Below are positions 1 through 7,831 of a DNA stretch of 64,000 nucleotides, in pieces. How positions within the stretch are numbered: position 1 is the first letter of the stretch; each line of letters starts with the position of its first letter. Position numbers and translations under genes: made by a program. The stretch covers positions 124,001 through 188,000 of IMG/VR virus record IMGVR_UViG_3300042465_005589; one strand, written 5' to 3'. The notes under the pieces were generated by a model, which had not been told where the DNA came from, searched no databases, and worked only from the letters and a program-made list of their open reading frames with translations.

Positions 1-413
1 AAACAGGTGATACAGTAAAAGTACACTACACAGGGAAATTAGAAGATGGGTCTATTTTTGATACGTCATTAGCTGAAGGTCGTGAGCCGATTGAAGTAAC
101 TTTAGGTCAGGGACAATTAATTCCGGGATTTGAAGCTGGGTTAATTGACATGAGTGAAGGTGAGAAAAAAACAGTTGAGATTGAATCTGCGGACGCTTAT
201 GGTGACCCAAGACCTGAAATGATTAATGAAGTACCTAAAGCTAATGTTCCTGAAGGAGTACAATCTGGAGAAATGTTACAAGGTATGGGACCACAAGGAC
301 CAGTTAATGTAAAGGTGGTATCTGTAACTGAAGAAACTGTTACATTAGATGCTAATCACCCATTAGCAGGTAAAAAATTAATTTTTGATTTAGAAATTGT
401 TAGTATCTCTTAA
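1..413 (+). CDS. FKBP-type peptidyl-prolyl isomerase, SlyD/SlpA-like (5' end outside window)
   Basis: The frame is open from base 3: TGDTVKVHYTGKLEDGSIFDTS...GQGQLIPGFE...AYG...LDANHPLAGKKLIFDLEI. This is an FKBP with insert-in-flap domain and no His-rich tail. The track ORF at 150 starts internally. Confidence 0.93.
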   Translation, partial: TGDTVKVHYTGKLEDGSIFDTSLAEGREPIEVTLGQGQLIPGFEAGLIDMSEGEKKTVEIESADAYGDPRPEMINEVPKANVPEGVQSGEMLQGMGPQGPVNVKVVSVTEETVTLDANHPLAGKKLIFDLEIVSIS

Positions 414-438
414 TGAGATATTAACAATTTTTTGTTAT

Positions 439-828
439 TTAATCATACATTTTATCAGCATCTTTCGGGTGCGATTTTTCGTATTTTTTAATTATTGAAC
501 CGGACTTTGCGTTAGCCTCATCTTCATTTTTACCACCAATATCACCACCTCTATCTCTATTGAGAATTGTTCGTTGATATTCATGAATCCACTCATGAGT
601 TAATGTTCTTAAAATATCGCGATTCATTCTCCCTTTAGATAAGACGAATATTTCACTATTGTCATTTCTAAGACCTGTAGTCATATTTGTGTCTCTCTTA
701 CCTACAAAAATAATGGTTAAGTCTCTTTTCAAGGGGCATTCTGTTTGCAAGTAACTAATGAAATTATTAAAAAATTTAAAATTATCTTTAGGTATATCAG
801 AATTAATATGTTTAATTGTAATTTTCAT
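439..828 (-). CDS. putative zinc metallopeptidase-like protein
   Basis: LRTLTHEWIHEYQ (HExxH) followed by NEDEANA; TATTTAT motif upstream (834-840). Confidence 0.6.
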   Translation of the reverse strand: MKITIKHINSDIPKDNFKFFNNFISYLQTECPLKRDLTIIFVGKRDTNMTTGLRNDNSEIFVLSKGRMNRDILRTLTHEWIHEYQRTILNRDRGGDIGGKNEDEANAKSGSIIKKYEKSHPKDADKMYD

Positions 829-833
829 ATTTT

Positions 834-863
834 ATAAATATATCACAATTGCTAAGTATTTAT
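834..863. promoter_or_regulatory. back-to-back TATTTAT motifs (candidate phage late promoters) between divergent genes
   Basis: ATAAATA at 834-840 (minus-strand sense) and TATTTAT at 857-863. The same motif lies about 3-20 nt upstream of roughly 20 other genes, e.g. near 12940, 13520, 15057, 17461, 20396, 20453, 24081, 25161, 28378, 35876, 39069, 41792, 42096, 48062, 53178, 54037, 57049, 60291, 60649. Confidence 0.65.
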
Positions 864-879
864 ATATAAAAGATTAAAC

Positions 880-1470
880 ATGTCAAAAAAATTAATAATA
901 ACTGAAGAAGAAAAAGATGAAATAAAATCTTTACACAATATTAATGAACAAATTGGGTTTGAGGAAATTATTAACTATGTTAAAAATTTATTAAATAATA
1001 TGGGTAAGGGAACTGAGTCTAAACCAAACACCAATATTGTTACAAGTAATATAACATCTGATGATGACATTTATAAGGGTATTTTAGAATGTATCGGGGC
1101 TAAACCAACAAAAAATAATATGTTATTTATGTATGCTTGGAGACAAGCCGAAGGAGGTGGGTCATCAAACAACCCCTTTAATACCACTCAAAAATGGGCA
1201 AATGCAACAATTCTTAAAAATAGTTCTGCTGGTGTTAAAAACTATAAAACACCTGAAGATGGAATACAAGCAACTTGTAAAACATTAAAAAATGGTAGGT
1301 ACCAAAGTATTATAGACGGGTTTAAAAATGATGTGGGACTATCCAAATTAACAGATGCTGTTGTAAATTCGCCTTGGGGTACTAAGGATTTATTACGTAC
1401 AGTAACTCAAGGATATATCGCTGGTAATACACCAAAACCAAAACCAATTAATAGAACTGAAATCGTTTAA
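880..1470 (+). CDS. putative lysozyme-like peptidoglycan hydrolase with IITE leader
   Basis: AWRQAEGG..NNPFNTTQ...GVKNYKTPEDGIQATCKTLKNGRY...SPWGT resembles lysozyme-fold phage muramidase/glucosaminidase domains; N-terminus MSKKLIITEEEK. Confidence 0.55.
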   Translation: MSKKLIITEEEKDEIKSLHNINEQIGFEEIINYVKNLLNNMGKGTESKPNTNIVTSNITSDDDIYKGILECIGAKPTKNNMLFMYAWRQAEGGGSSNNPFNTTQKWANATILKNSSAGVKNYKTPEDGIQATCKTLKNGRYQSIIDGFKNDVGLSKLTDAVVNSPWGTKDLLRTVTQGYIAGNTPKPKPINRTEIV

Positions 1471-1475
1471 ACAAG

Positions 1476-1500
1476 AAAACCGACATCAGTCGGTTTTTTT
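1476..1500. terminator. bidirectional intrinsic terminator
   Basis: AAAACCGAC-ATCA-GTCGGTTTTTTT between convergent genes. Confidence 0.8.
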
Positions 1501-1852
1501 ATTTAATAAATTGTAGTAAAACATAACATAGTTTGTATCCTGTGAACGCCCCTAAAGCGGAAGGTATCGGGAACACAATTAATTTACCCAAGTCAGTTAC
1601 GTATTTTGGACGGTTCACAATTTTACCCATATAGAAGTAATATACAATATACCCCACCAAAACAGCAATATCTGTTCGTGTTGCAATAAAAACCACTAAG
1701 GTGGCACCTAAGAATCCAAAAGTAAAATTGTCTCTTACACCTTCCCAAACTTCTTTGTTTGAGGCGGACTCATACTCCTTAACAATTTTTTTAATTTTTA
1801 CTTTATTCTTTTTAAAGTAATTATTCTCCGATTCTATATTTTGCTCTTCCAT
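1499..1852 (-). CDS. hypothetical membrane protein
   Basis: ORF with 2-3 hydrophobic segments. Confidence 0.75.
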   Translation of the reverse strand: MEEQNIESENNYFKKNKVKIKKIVKEYESASNKEVWEGVRDNFTFGFLGATLVVFIATRTDIAVLVGYIVYYFYMGKIVNRPKYVTDLGKLIVFPIPSALGAFTGYKLCYVLLQFIK

Positions 1853-2009
1853 CTAATGTTTCCGCTGTAAATTTATCCTTATTTAAGAATGTTAGTTCTA
1901 ATTGAATACTTGCTATTAATAATTCTTCAACTTGGTCCCAAGTTATCAAACCTTTCATCCATAATGTATGGAGTGACCTCATTATTTCAAATTCTGTTGC
2001 TTCGTTCAT
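1821..2009 (-). CDS. hypothetical protein
   Basis: 62-aa ORF in a co-oriented overlapping run. Confidence 0.65.
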   Translation of the reverse strand: MNEATEFEIMRSLHTLWMKGLITWDQVEELLIASIQLELTFLNKDKFTAETLDGRAKYRIGE

Positions 2010-2190
2010 TTTCTACTTGTTTATATAATTCGCTTAAATTTTGTTCATCCAATTCTGTTGTTGTGAATGTTTCGTTTGTTAACTCACATAAATAAAAGTG
2101 ATGTGTTACATCATATTCTTTTTCTCTGTATGTTAATGTGGATGGTTCCGACATTAACTTCATTTCCTTTCCGGATAATGGACTTTTCAT
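1987..2190 (-). CDS. stand-alone MqsA/YgiT-type N-terminal domain (antitoxin-like), no HTH
   Basis: MKSPLSGKEM...TYREKEYDVTHHFYLCELTNETFTTTELDEQNLSELYKQ resembles the N-terminus of Bacteroidota MqsA-family antitoxins. Confidence 0.55.
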   Translation of the reverse strand: MKSPLSGKEMKLMSEPSTLTYREKEYDVTHHFYLCELTNETFTTTELDEQNLSELYKQVENERSNRI

Positions 2191-2196
2191 AATACT

Positions 2197-2355
2197 CTAT
2201 GTTTTTTGTTTTACTTCTTCCTCATCAATAAGTTGATTAAGCTCTTTTGTGACCCAATCTAAATTATCTTCGGATATGGGTAATTCTTTTAATTCCCCAA
2301 TTAATTCATTCTTATTCTGTTCCGCGTCTTCCCTTGACCATTTTTTGTTTTCCAT
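2197..2355 (-). CDS. small hypothetical protein (52 aa, below track cutoff)
   Basis: Hand-translated MENKKWSREDAEQ...KQKT; fills the gap in the operon. Confidence 0.6.
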   Translation of the reverse strand: MENKKWSREDAEQNKNELIGELKELPISEDNLDWVTKELNQLIDEEEVKQKT

Positions 2356-2369
2356 AATTTGTTTGTTTT

Positions 2370-2576
2370 TTAATAATTTTCAATTTTTAATACTAAATTT
2401 TTTTCACTTGAAATTTCATAGTCACGATAGTCACTACAATTGTCCATTGAATTTATTTTATATGTGTGGTAATCATCACTATAAATTGTGATAGCAATTA
2501 CTATGTTTGGTATTTGATTTACATCTGTTCTAACATAAACAGTGTCTCCTATGTTGTATTTATTATTTATTTTCAT
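2370..2576 (-). CDS. hypothetical protein (possible SH3-like barrel)
   Basis: 68 aa, KYNIGDTVYV start typical of small phage barrels. Confidence 0.7.
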   Translation of the reverse strand: MKINNKYNIGDTVYVRTDVNQIPNIVIAITIYSDDYHTYKINSMDNCSDYRDYEISSEKNLVLKIENY

Positions 2577-2579
2577 AAC

Positions 2580-2765
2580 TTAATTTAAAACCCAATTGAT
2601 TAACGCATTCATTTGATGTTGTTCTTCTCTTATTCTAATATGCGTTTGAATGTTTTCAACATTAATCTTGTCATATTTACTTGGATTTTTAACCATATCA
2701 TCTAAATCTTCAGTATGTTTCAACATTTCTTCGTATTTTTCTCTAATTTCTTTTTCTGTTTTCAT
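2580..2765 (-). CDS. hypothetical protein
   Basis: ORF in tightly packed operon. Confidence 0.7.
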   Translation of the reverse strand: MKTEKEIREKYEEMLKHTEDLDDMVKNPSKYDKINVENIQTHIRIREEQHQMNALINWVLN

Positions 2766-2980
2766 ATTATTTGTTCTTCTTTACCATCGTTCCAAACGAT
2801 TTTACTTGTTTTACTTATTAAATCCGTAATAATTTTATAAAAAGGTGAGTCACTTCTTTTTTGGGTTACGGTTTGATTTTTATCGTCATATATAAAACTC
2901 CAAATGGAATTATAGTAAGGACCTGTTATTTTCTTTTCAACAACTCTACCTTTATCATCTACCTTTTCGTTAACTATCAT
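2762..2980 (-). CDS. hypothetical protein
   Basis: 4-nt overlaps with neighbours. Confidence 0.7.
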   Translation of the reverse strand: MIVNEKVDDKGRVVEKKITGPYYNSIWSFIYDDKNQTVTQKRSDSPFYKIITDLISKTSKIVWNDGKEEQII

Positions 2981-3213
2981 AATAATATTTCAATTGTTAT
3001 ACCTGCTGGACCTAATGATAGGTTGTAGGTGTTAAATCTGTTATCGTTTAACCATCCATACTTTTTGAAGTTAAAGATTATCACATCTTTTCCTTCGTAT
3101 TGTGCGTGGATGGCATTTGTTTGGTAATCAATCGCCGGATGAGACACAAACCCATTTTTAACCGGATTTATAAACTCTTTTTCCAATTCCCGTATCTGAA
3201 TATGTATTAACAT
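2977..3213 (-). CDS. hypothetical protein
   Basis: 78-aa ORF, coupled to neighbours. Confidence 0.75.
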   Translation of the reverse strand: MLIHIQIRELEKEFINPVKNGFVSHPAIDYQTNAIHAQYEGKDVIIFNFKKYGWLNDNRFNTYNLSLGPAGITIEILL

Positions 3214-3215
3214 TT

Positions 3216-4502
3216 TTAATTACTTAAAGGTGCTTTAATTGTTGGATGTGATTGATAGTTCTCTAACGTAAAATCTCCTATATCATATGTAAATATCCCA
3301 CCACCAATTCTCATTTTGTTATTGGGGTTAATTGTTATATTTGGTAACTCATAAGGTTCTCTTGTTGTATAAGGAATTTTATACGAATCATAATATTCGC
3401 TTAATCCACCGCCAAACGGCATTAATTCATCAACCGCTTTATTATAATTTTCTTCACCCATCGCTTGTTTTAACAATTCTGTTCTTTCTTCGTGAGTATA
3501 TTTTCTTCCAATTTGTTCTTTAGCTGCATCAATATGATTTGAATATAAATGGACATCCCCTAAATTTCCAATCAACTGGTCAGGAACCATATTAACTTCT
3601 TTTGCAATTATCACCAATAACAATCCATATGAAGCAATGTTGAATGGTAAACCTAAGAATGTATCTACTGAACGTTGATTCCACATTAAAGAGATTGCTC
3701 TGGTTGGTATGTTTAATTCATCTAAAACATCAGATGTTATTCTTTTATCAGGAGTCCAATCAAATTTTCTTTCATTTTTTAAAATGAAAATTTCAAATCT
3801 TTGGTCGTAACTTAATTCTCTTGTATAAACTTGAAATCCATAATGACAAGGTGGAAGAACCATTTGGTCTAATTCTCCAACATTCCAAGCATTAACCATT
3901 AATCGTCTTGAGTCTGGGTTTGTTTTAAGGTCGTTGATTAGGTTTTGGATTTGGTCTATTCCATTTTTTAATCGAAATATTTCATTTACTGTGTAACTAC
4001 TTATAAAGTTTTCAATTGTATGCGGCACTAGAATATCTTTACCACCCCAATTTCTCCATTGCTTACCATAAATTGGACCTAACTCACCCCACTTATTAGC
4101 AAACTCATCATCTGTTTTGATTTTGTTAATGAAAATTGTTTGTGTCATAATTTCATCAGAACCAGTTTTAGTTCCGATAAATCCACCATTAACACTTGAA
4201 ATTGGAAACCAATCTGAATTAAATAAATAATTCTTATAAGCATCACCATTCCAAATATGACAATTATTATCAACCAAATACTTAATGTTGGTATCACCTC
4301 GAAGGAACCAAAGAAGTTCTGTGACGATTGATTTCCACGGCATCTTTTTGGTTGTAAGTAATGGGAATCCTTCTGACATTTTATGTCTGATTTGTCTTCC
4401 AAATACTGATATTGTCCCCGTCCCGGTTCTGTCTTTCTTTTCTATCCCGTTATCCAAGATATCTTGGAGTAAGTCTGTGTATGTTTTGTCTAATTTATTC
4501 AT
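3216..4502 (-). CDS. thyA: thymidylate synthase with insertions
   Basis: DRTGTGT, FPLLTTKK, ELLWFL, GPIYGKQWR, SRR, PPCHYGFQ, NQRSVDTFLGLPFNIASY, YQSHPTIKAPLSN. Confidence 0.97.
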   Translation of the reverse strand: MNKLDKTYTDLLQDILDNGIEKKDRTGTGTISVFGRQIRHKMSEGFPLLTTKKMPWKSIVTELLWFLRGDTNIKYLVDNNCHIWNGDAYKNYLFNSDWFPISSVNGGFIGTKTGSDEIMTQTIFINKIKTDDEFANKWGELGPIYGKQWRNWGGKDILVPHTIENFISSYTVNEIFRLKNGIDQIQNLINDLKTNPDSRRLMVNAWNVGELDQMVLPPCHYGFQVYTRELSYDQRFEIFILKNERKFDWTPDKRITSDVLDELNIPTRAISLMWNQRSVDTFLGLPFNIASYGLLLVIIAKEVNMVPDQLIGNLGDVHLYSNHIDAAKEQIGRKYTHEERTELLKQAMGEENYNKAVDELMPFGGGLSEYYDSYKIPYTTREPYELPNITINPNNKMRIGGGIFTYDIGDFTLENYQSHPTIKAPLSN

Positions 4503-4668
4503 ATTTCAAAATATCTACGTAATAATTATCGGTGTTATAACCATATTTAATTCTGCTTTGTTCTGCCTCTTCTTTAGTTTTGAAAGGAGCCAAGATTACA
4601 TTATGTTCTTTACTCCCGTGGGCTGGTGATTTTTCATACACAGCATAAAGATTATCTATAAGTCCCAT
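4495..4668 (-). CDS. small hypothetical protein (57 aa)
   Basis: Hand-translated MGLIDNLYAVYEKSP...DILKYE; overlaps the thyA start. Confidence 0.6.
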   Translation of the reverse strand: MGLIDNLYAVYEKSPAHGSKEHNVILAPFKTKEEAEQSRIKYGYNTDNYYVDILKYE

Positions 4669-4692
4669 ATACTTTTTCTTTTTCGTTTTATT

Positions 4693-4839
4693 TTATTCAG
4701 TAGTAACTTCAGTATCATCGCCATCACTTGTATCTTCTTCTTCATCGTCTATTTCTGTAATATGTTGATACCACATTGGATTTGGTAATCCGCTGTAATG
4801 GTCCCACAATTCGTCGTCAATCACTTCCGAGTTATTCAT
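4693..4839 (-). CDS. small acidic protein (48 aa)
   Basis: Hand-translated MNNSEVIDDELWDHYSGLPNP...DTEVTTE. Confidence 0.55.
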   Translation of the reverse strand: MNNSEVIDDELWDHYSGLPNPMWYQHITEIDDEEEDTSDGDDTEVTTE

Positions 4840-5023
4840 CCAAATACTTGTTAAACATTTCTTTTGCTTTACCTAAATTTTCAACATCTTCATCAAAAAT
4901 AGTGTTAATAATAAATTCCGCTTCTTCTTCGGTACATTTTTCAATTATATCAATGTAAGTTTCTACTGAGACACCCAATCCCCGAGCAATTCCCAAATCT
5001 ATTAAGTCATATAATCCACTCAT
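4832..5023 (-). CDS. hypothetical protein
   Basis: 63-aa ORF in operon. Confidence 0.75.
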   Translation of the reverse strand: MSGLYDLIDLGIARGLGVSVETYIDIIEKCTEEEAEFIINTIFDEDVENLGKAKEMFNKYLDE

Positions 5024-5307
5024 TATTCATCTTTTTTATTTTGTTTTGATATGTAAAAATAAAGAGCTGTGATGGCATTACCCCACTCTTTATACAATTC
5101 ACTATTTGTGTTCATCTCATTATAGAATTCTTCTTTTGTTAGAAGTTCACCCGGATTAGGTGGTTGACAGGAATTGTCCTTACTATACGTTCCGTTTTGA
5201 AACATCGGATGAATCCACCGATTAGTCGCCATAGAATGTTCTACTTCATAACATTCATACACTTGGTCTATGGTCTCAACCATATTGGGGTCTATATTAT
5301 TCTCCAT
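5023..5307 (-). CDS. hypothetical protein
   Basis: Likely start MENNIDP at 5307. Confidence 0.7.
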   Translation of the reverse strand: MENNIDPNMVETIDQVYECYEVEHSMATNRWIHPMFQNGTYSKDNSCQPPNPGELLTKEEFYNEMNTNSELYKEWGNAITALYFYISKQNKKDE

Positions 5308-5803
5308 CCAATTCTTTTTCTCTACCTTCTTCAACTTTTTTATCAATATAATTTCTAAGGTCTTCCATAGATTGTAAGAACCCCAATCTCAACCGGTGGA
5401 ACTCCTCATCTTTGATTTCATCCCAATTGGAATAATTCTCAAAACAATAATCAAAACCTTCTTCATCCATTCTATATTGAACGGATTCCCAAAGTTCCAA
5501 ATCATCTTCCTCATCAATTTCTAAAGAAGTTAATCCCAAGAAACTTAATAATTTATCCGGTTTTGGTCTTGCGTTCTCGTGTTCATTTGGAATGGTGTAT
5601 GTTCTACCATAACTTGTTGTTAAAGATTTACCACCATTCATAATGTAGATGATACCTTTTGTATTGGTCATCTCAATTATCTCGTGTTGGTCATCCACAA
5701 TTACGTAATCAGAGACACCAATTTTGTATGCTCTGAATGTATCCCCTTCAAAATTTAGTAACCCTAAATGGGGTTTTCTGTTTTTATTCTCGTATTTCGC
5801 CAT
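5297..5803 (-). CDS. hypothetical protein
   Basis: 168-aa ORF, acidic C-terminal half. Confidence 0.75.
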   Translation of the reverse strand: MAKYENKNRKPHLGLLNFEGDTFRAYKIGVSDYVIVDDQHEIIEMTNTKGIIYIMNGGKSLTTSYGRTYTIPNEHENARPKPDKLLSFLGLTSLEIDEEDDLELWESVQYRMDEEGFDYCFENYSNWDEIKDEEFHRLRLGFLQSMEDLRNYIDKKVEEGREKELDGE

Positions 5804-5981
5804 TTGTGTGTTTTATTATTAATCTGTTTATTTTTCCTATTTTATTAAAACTATCCGCCCATTCTGCGTGGGTCTTTGGCTCACCAAAAACATCCAAATA
5901 TATTTCTTTGGACAAAGATAAGGTTTTAGAATAAGATTTCCAATTACTTTCTAATTTTTTATCCATTTGTGTGTAAATCAT
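5784..5981 (-). CDS. hypothetical protein
   Basis: MIYTQMDKKL...; the ATG coincides with the truncated end of the repeat array. Confidence 0.6.
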   Translation of the reverse strand: MIYTQMDKKLESNWKSYSKTLSLSKEIYLDVFGEPKTHAEWADSFNKIGKINRLIIKHTNGEIRE

Positions 5982-6693
5982 AGTGTTCCTCCACCTGTTC
6001 TTGTATACGCCAACCAAACTCCTGTATTGATGTTACACCCATTTTGTAGTGTTCCTCCACCTTAAATGGTAAATCATATTTAAAAAATAGTGTTGATGTT
6101 ACCCCCACTTTGTAGTGTTCCTCCACCGTGTGGTTCCAACATTTCCTGGATTCAATGGTTGTTGTTACCCCCACTTTGTAATGTTCCTCCACCCCATTGA
6201 TATAACCATACATACTGCCTGAAGTTGATATTACCCCCACTTTGTAGTGTTCCTCCACCTCCAAAGAAGCTTCTTTAATAAGTAATTCTGTTGATGTTAC
6301 CCCCACTTTGTAGTGTTCCTCCACCCAATGGAGATTGTGGTCCGCCTTGGCAATAGTTGATGTTACCCCCACTTTGTAGTGTTCCTCCACCCTTGGGGTA
6401 AGATAGTTGTTCTCAACCAACGTTGATGTTACCCCCACTTTGTAGTGTTCCTCCACCCATATCTTTGTGATGTCCTTAATTTGTTGGTTAGACATACTAA
6501 AATAGGATTCAAAAAACTTCCATATTTCTCTATAACTCACATAAACATACCCATTTTTTTTATTGTGTTGCAAGATACATCTCCCATCTTTCATATGAAA
6601 GATATAATCAGGGTATTCTTTCATAATGAATGGTTCCATAGGGTTAAAATTCGCATTCAACCACTTGATACAAAGTTTTTCTAATTTAGTCAT
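5959..6693 (-). CDS. repeat-spacer protein: ~80-aa family domain followed by 7 units of VEEHYKVGVTST + 10 variable residues
   Basis: Likely start MTKLEKL at 6693. The N-terminal domain resembles many paralogs in the window and the frame stays open through all spacers. Confidence 0.85.
   Translation of the reverse strand: MTKLEKLCIKWLNANFNPMEPFIMKEYPDYIFHMKDGRCILQHNKKNGYVYVSYREIWKFFESYFSMSNQQIKDITKIWVEEHYKVGVTSTLVENNYLTPRVEEHYKVGVTSTIAKADHNLHWVEEHYKVGVTSTELLIKEASLEVEEHYKVGVISTSGSMYGYINGVEEHYKVGVTTTIESRKCWNHTVEEHYKVGVTSTLFFKYDLPFKVEEHYKMGVTSIQEFGWRIQEQVEEHYDLHTNG
5981..6457 (+). repeat. 36-nt direct repeats with unique 30-nt spacers, period exactly 66 nt
   Basis: Consensus GTTGATGTTACCCCCACTTTGTAGTGTTCCTCCACC at 6026 (3 mismatches), 6092 (0), 6158 (2), 6224 (1), 6290 (0), 6356 (0), 6422 (0); 15-nt partial at 5981. 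Confidence 0.98.
5981..6457 (+). CRISPR. putative cas-less CRISPR-like mini-array embedded antisense in a CDS
   Basis: 36+30 geometry as in Bacteroidota II-C/VI-B arrays, GTTG start, 7 unrelated spacers, polarised decay. Against: no cas genes in window, a weak repeat hairpin, and full in-frame coding. Confidence 0.4.
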
Positions 6694-6877
6694 TACTCTC
6701 TTTATAAATTTTATAATCAAAATACCAGGGACTTTGTTCCCCCTCATTTTCGTTTTTAACAATTTCTTCGGCAGCAGCCTTAGCCTCCTCGTAACTATAA
6801 TACGATTCCATAAATTGACGAAAATCCACATCAATAAATGGTTCCCGGTGACTATTTCACCAAACTATAATATACAT
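6686..6877 (-). pseudogene. 63-codon ORF interrupted by an in-frame TGA at codon 7
   Basis: MYIIVW*NSHREPFIDVDFRQFMESYYSYEEAKAAAEEIVKNENEGKQSPWYFDYKIYKESND; overlaps both neighbours like a coupled gene. Confidence 0.5.
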
Positions 6878-7425
6878 AATTTTCTTTTTGGTGTTGGTTC
6901 CCAATATGGGTCATCAAAATCAGGGGGATTATTTGGAGTATACTCCATTCCGGTTTCATAGTTTTTTGCTAACCATAAATCATATCGTCTAATATATGAT
7001 AATTCCTCACAACAATTCTCACCCCACTTTTGGTAGAACTCATCATCAGTTAATAACATATGAACGAATTGGTTTTTACCCCATATTACGTCCGGGTCAG
7101 CATCCGGGTCAGGTGCATCCAAAAATTTATGAAATAACCTATCAATCGTATTCATCGGAATGATATCAGGATTCGGTTCACCACCTCGTAATTGATTTAG
7201 AATCTCTTGGTTAATTTCTTTTTGAACTTCTTTGAAAATTTCCGACGTTAACTCATCGTGTACTTTTTGTTTTTGAATTTCTCTCTCAAAAGTTTCCGGA
7301 GTTAATTGATGTAATGAATCCATTTTGAAATGTTGGGTCGGTATTGTGAAAACAGTGTAACCTTCCGTTGGATTACCTTTGATTGTAATTCCGTCCTTTA
7401 TGTATTCGTAAATTGTGTTATCCAT
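6865..7425 (-). CDS. hypothetical protein
   Basis: 186-aa ORF. Confidence 0.8.
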   Translation of the reverse strand: MDNTIYEYIKDGITIKGNPTEGYTVFTIPTQHFKMDSLHQLTPETFEREIQKQKVHDELTSEIFKEVQKEINQEILNQLRGGEPNPDIIPMNTIDRLFHKFLDAPDPDADPDVIWGKNQFVHMLLTDDEFYQKWGENCCEELSYIRRYDLWLAKNYETGMEYTPNNPPDFDDPYWEPTPKRKLCIL

Positions 7426-7828
7426 TATTTGAAACCCTTTCTCTCAATTCTGTTGAACTATATCCGTGTGTTCTTTTATTGTAATGATATTCCATATCTA
7501 AATAACTTCCGGTAAAATCTCTACCTTTATACTCATCACCTAAAATTCTAATGTCAATTTCATAGTTCTGTAATATAGTATCCAACTCATATTCAGTTGT
7601 GTATGGAATAATCTCATCCACATATTTAACCGCCGATAATTGAACCCATCTTTCATAAAACGATTGGATTGGTTGATTTTTAGTCGGTCTATCTATTGTT
7701 GGGTTAACCTGTAACGCAACAATTAAATAATTACAAACCGATTTTGCTTCTTTCAACATTAAGATGTGACCTGCATGAAGTAAGTCAAAAGTACTTGCCG
7801 TTATTCCTCTTTTAATTTTCTTTCCCAT
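7418..7828 (-). CDS. glycerol-3-phosphate cytidylyltransferase-like (TagD family)
   Basis: ASTFDLLHAGH (HxGH), LSAVKYVDEII, GDEY, RTHGYSSTELR. Confidence 0.9.
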   Translation of the reverse strand: MGKKIKRGITASTFDLLHAGHILMLKEAKSVCNYLIVALQVNPTIDRPTKNQPIQSFYERWVQLSAVKYVDEIIPYTTEYELDTILQNYEIDIRILGDEYKGRDFTGSYLDMEYHYNKRTHGYSSTELRERVSNNG

Positions 7829-7831
7829 TTC

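Noticed and set aside
6263-6276. 14-nt perfect palindrome AAAGAAGCTTCTTT inside one spacer
   Set aside because: It is a single occurrence with no counterpart in the other spacers and cannot be distinguished from chance.
5981-6457. Diversity-generating retroelement as the cause of spacer variability
   Set aside because: Spacers differ at all four bases rather than only at adenines. There is no template-repeat/variable-repeat pair and no reverse transcriptase in the window.
5981-6457. Complete CRISPR-Cas locus
   Set aside because: There are no cas genes, tracrRNA or non-coding leader nearby, and the array is in-frame coding. By eye I found no protospacer in this window, but that search was not exhaustive.
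6694-6834. N-terminal extension MMWIFVN... of the array ORF in the track
   Set aside because: This stretch is better explained by the overlapping 6686-6877 frame; the family domain begins at MTKLEKL (6693).
6857-6859. Genome-wide stop-codon reassignment
   Set aside because: TGA, TAG and TAA all end well-formed genes, including ATGA overlaps such as 16618-16621, and conserved enzymes are uninterrupted under code 11.
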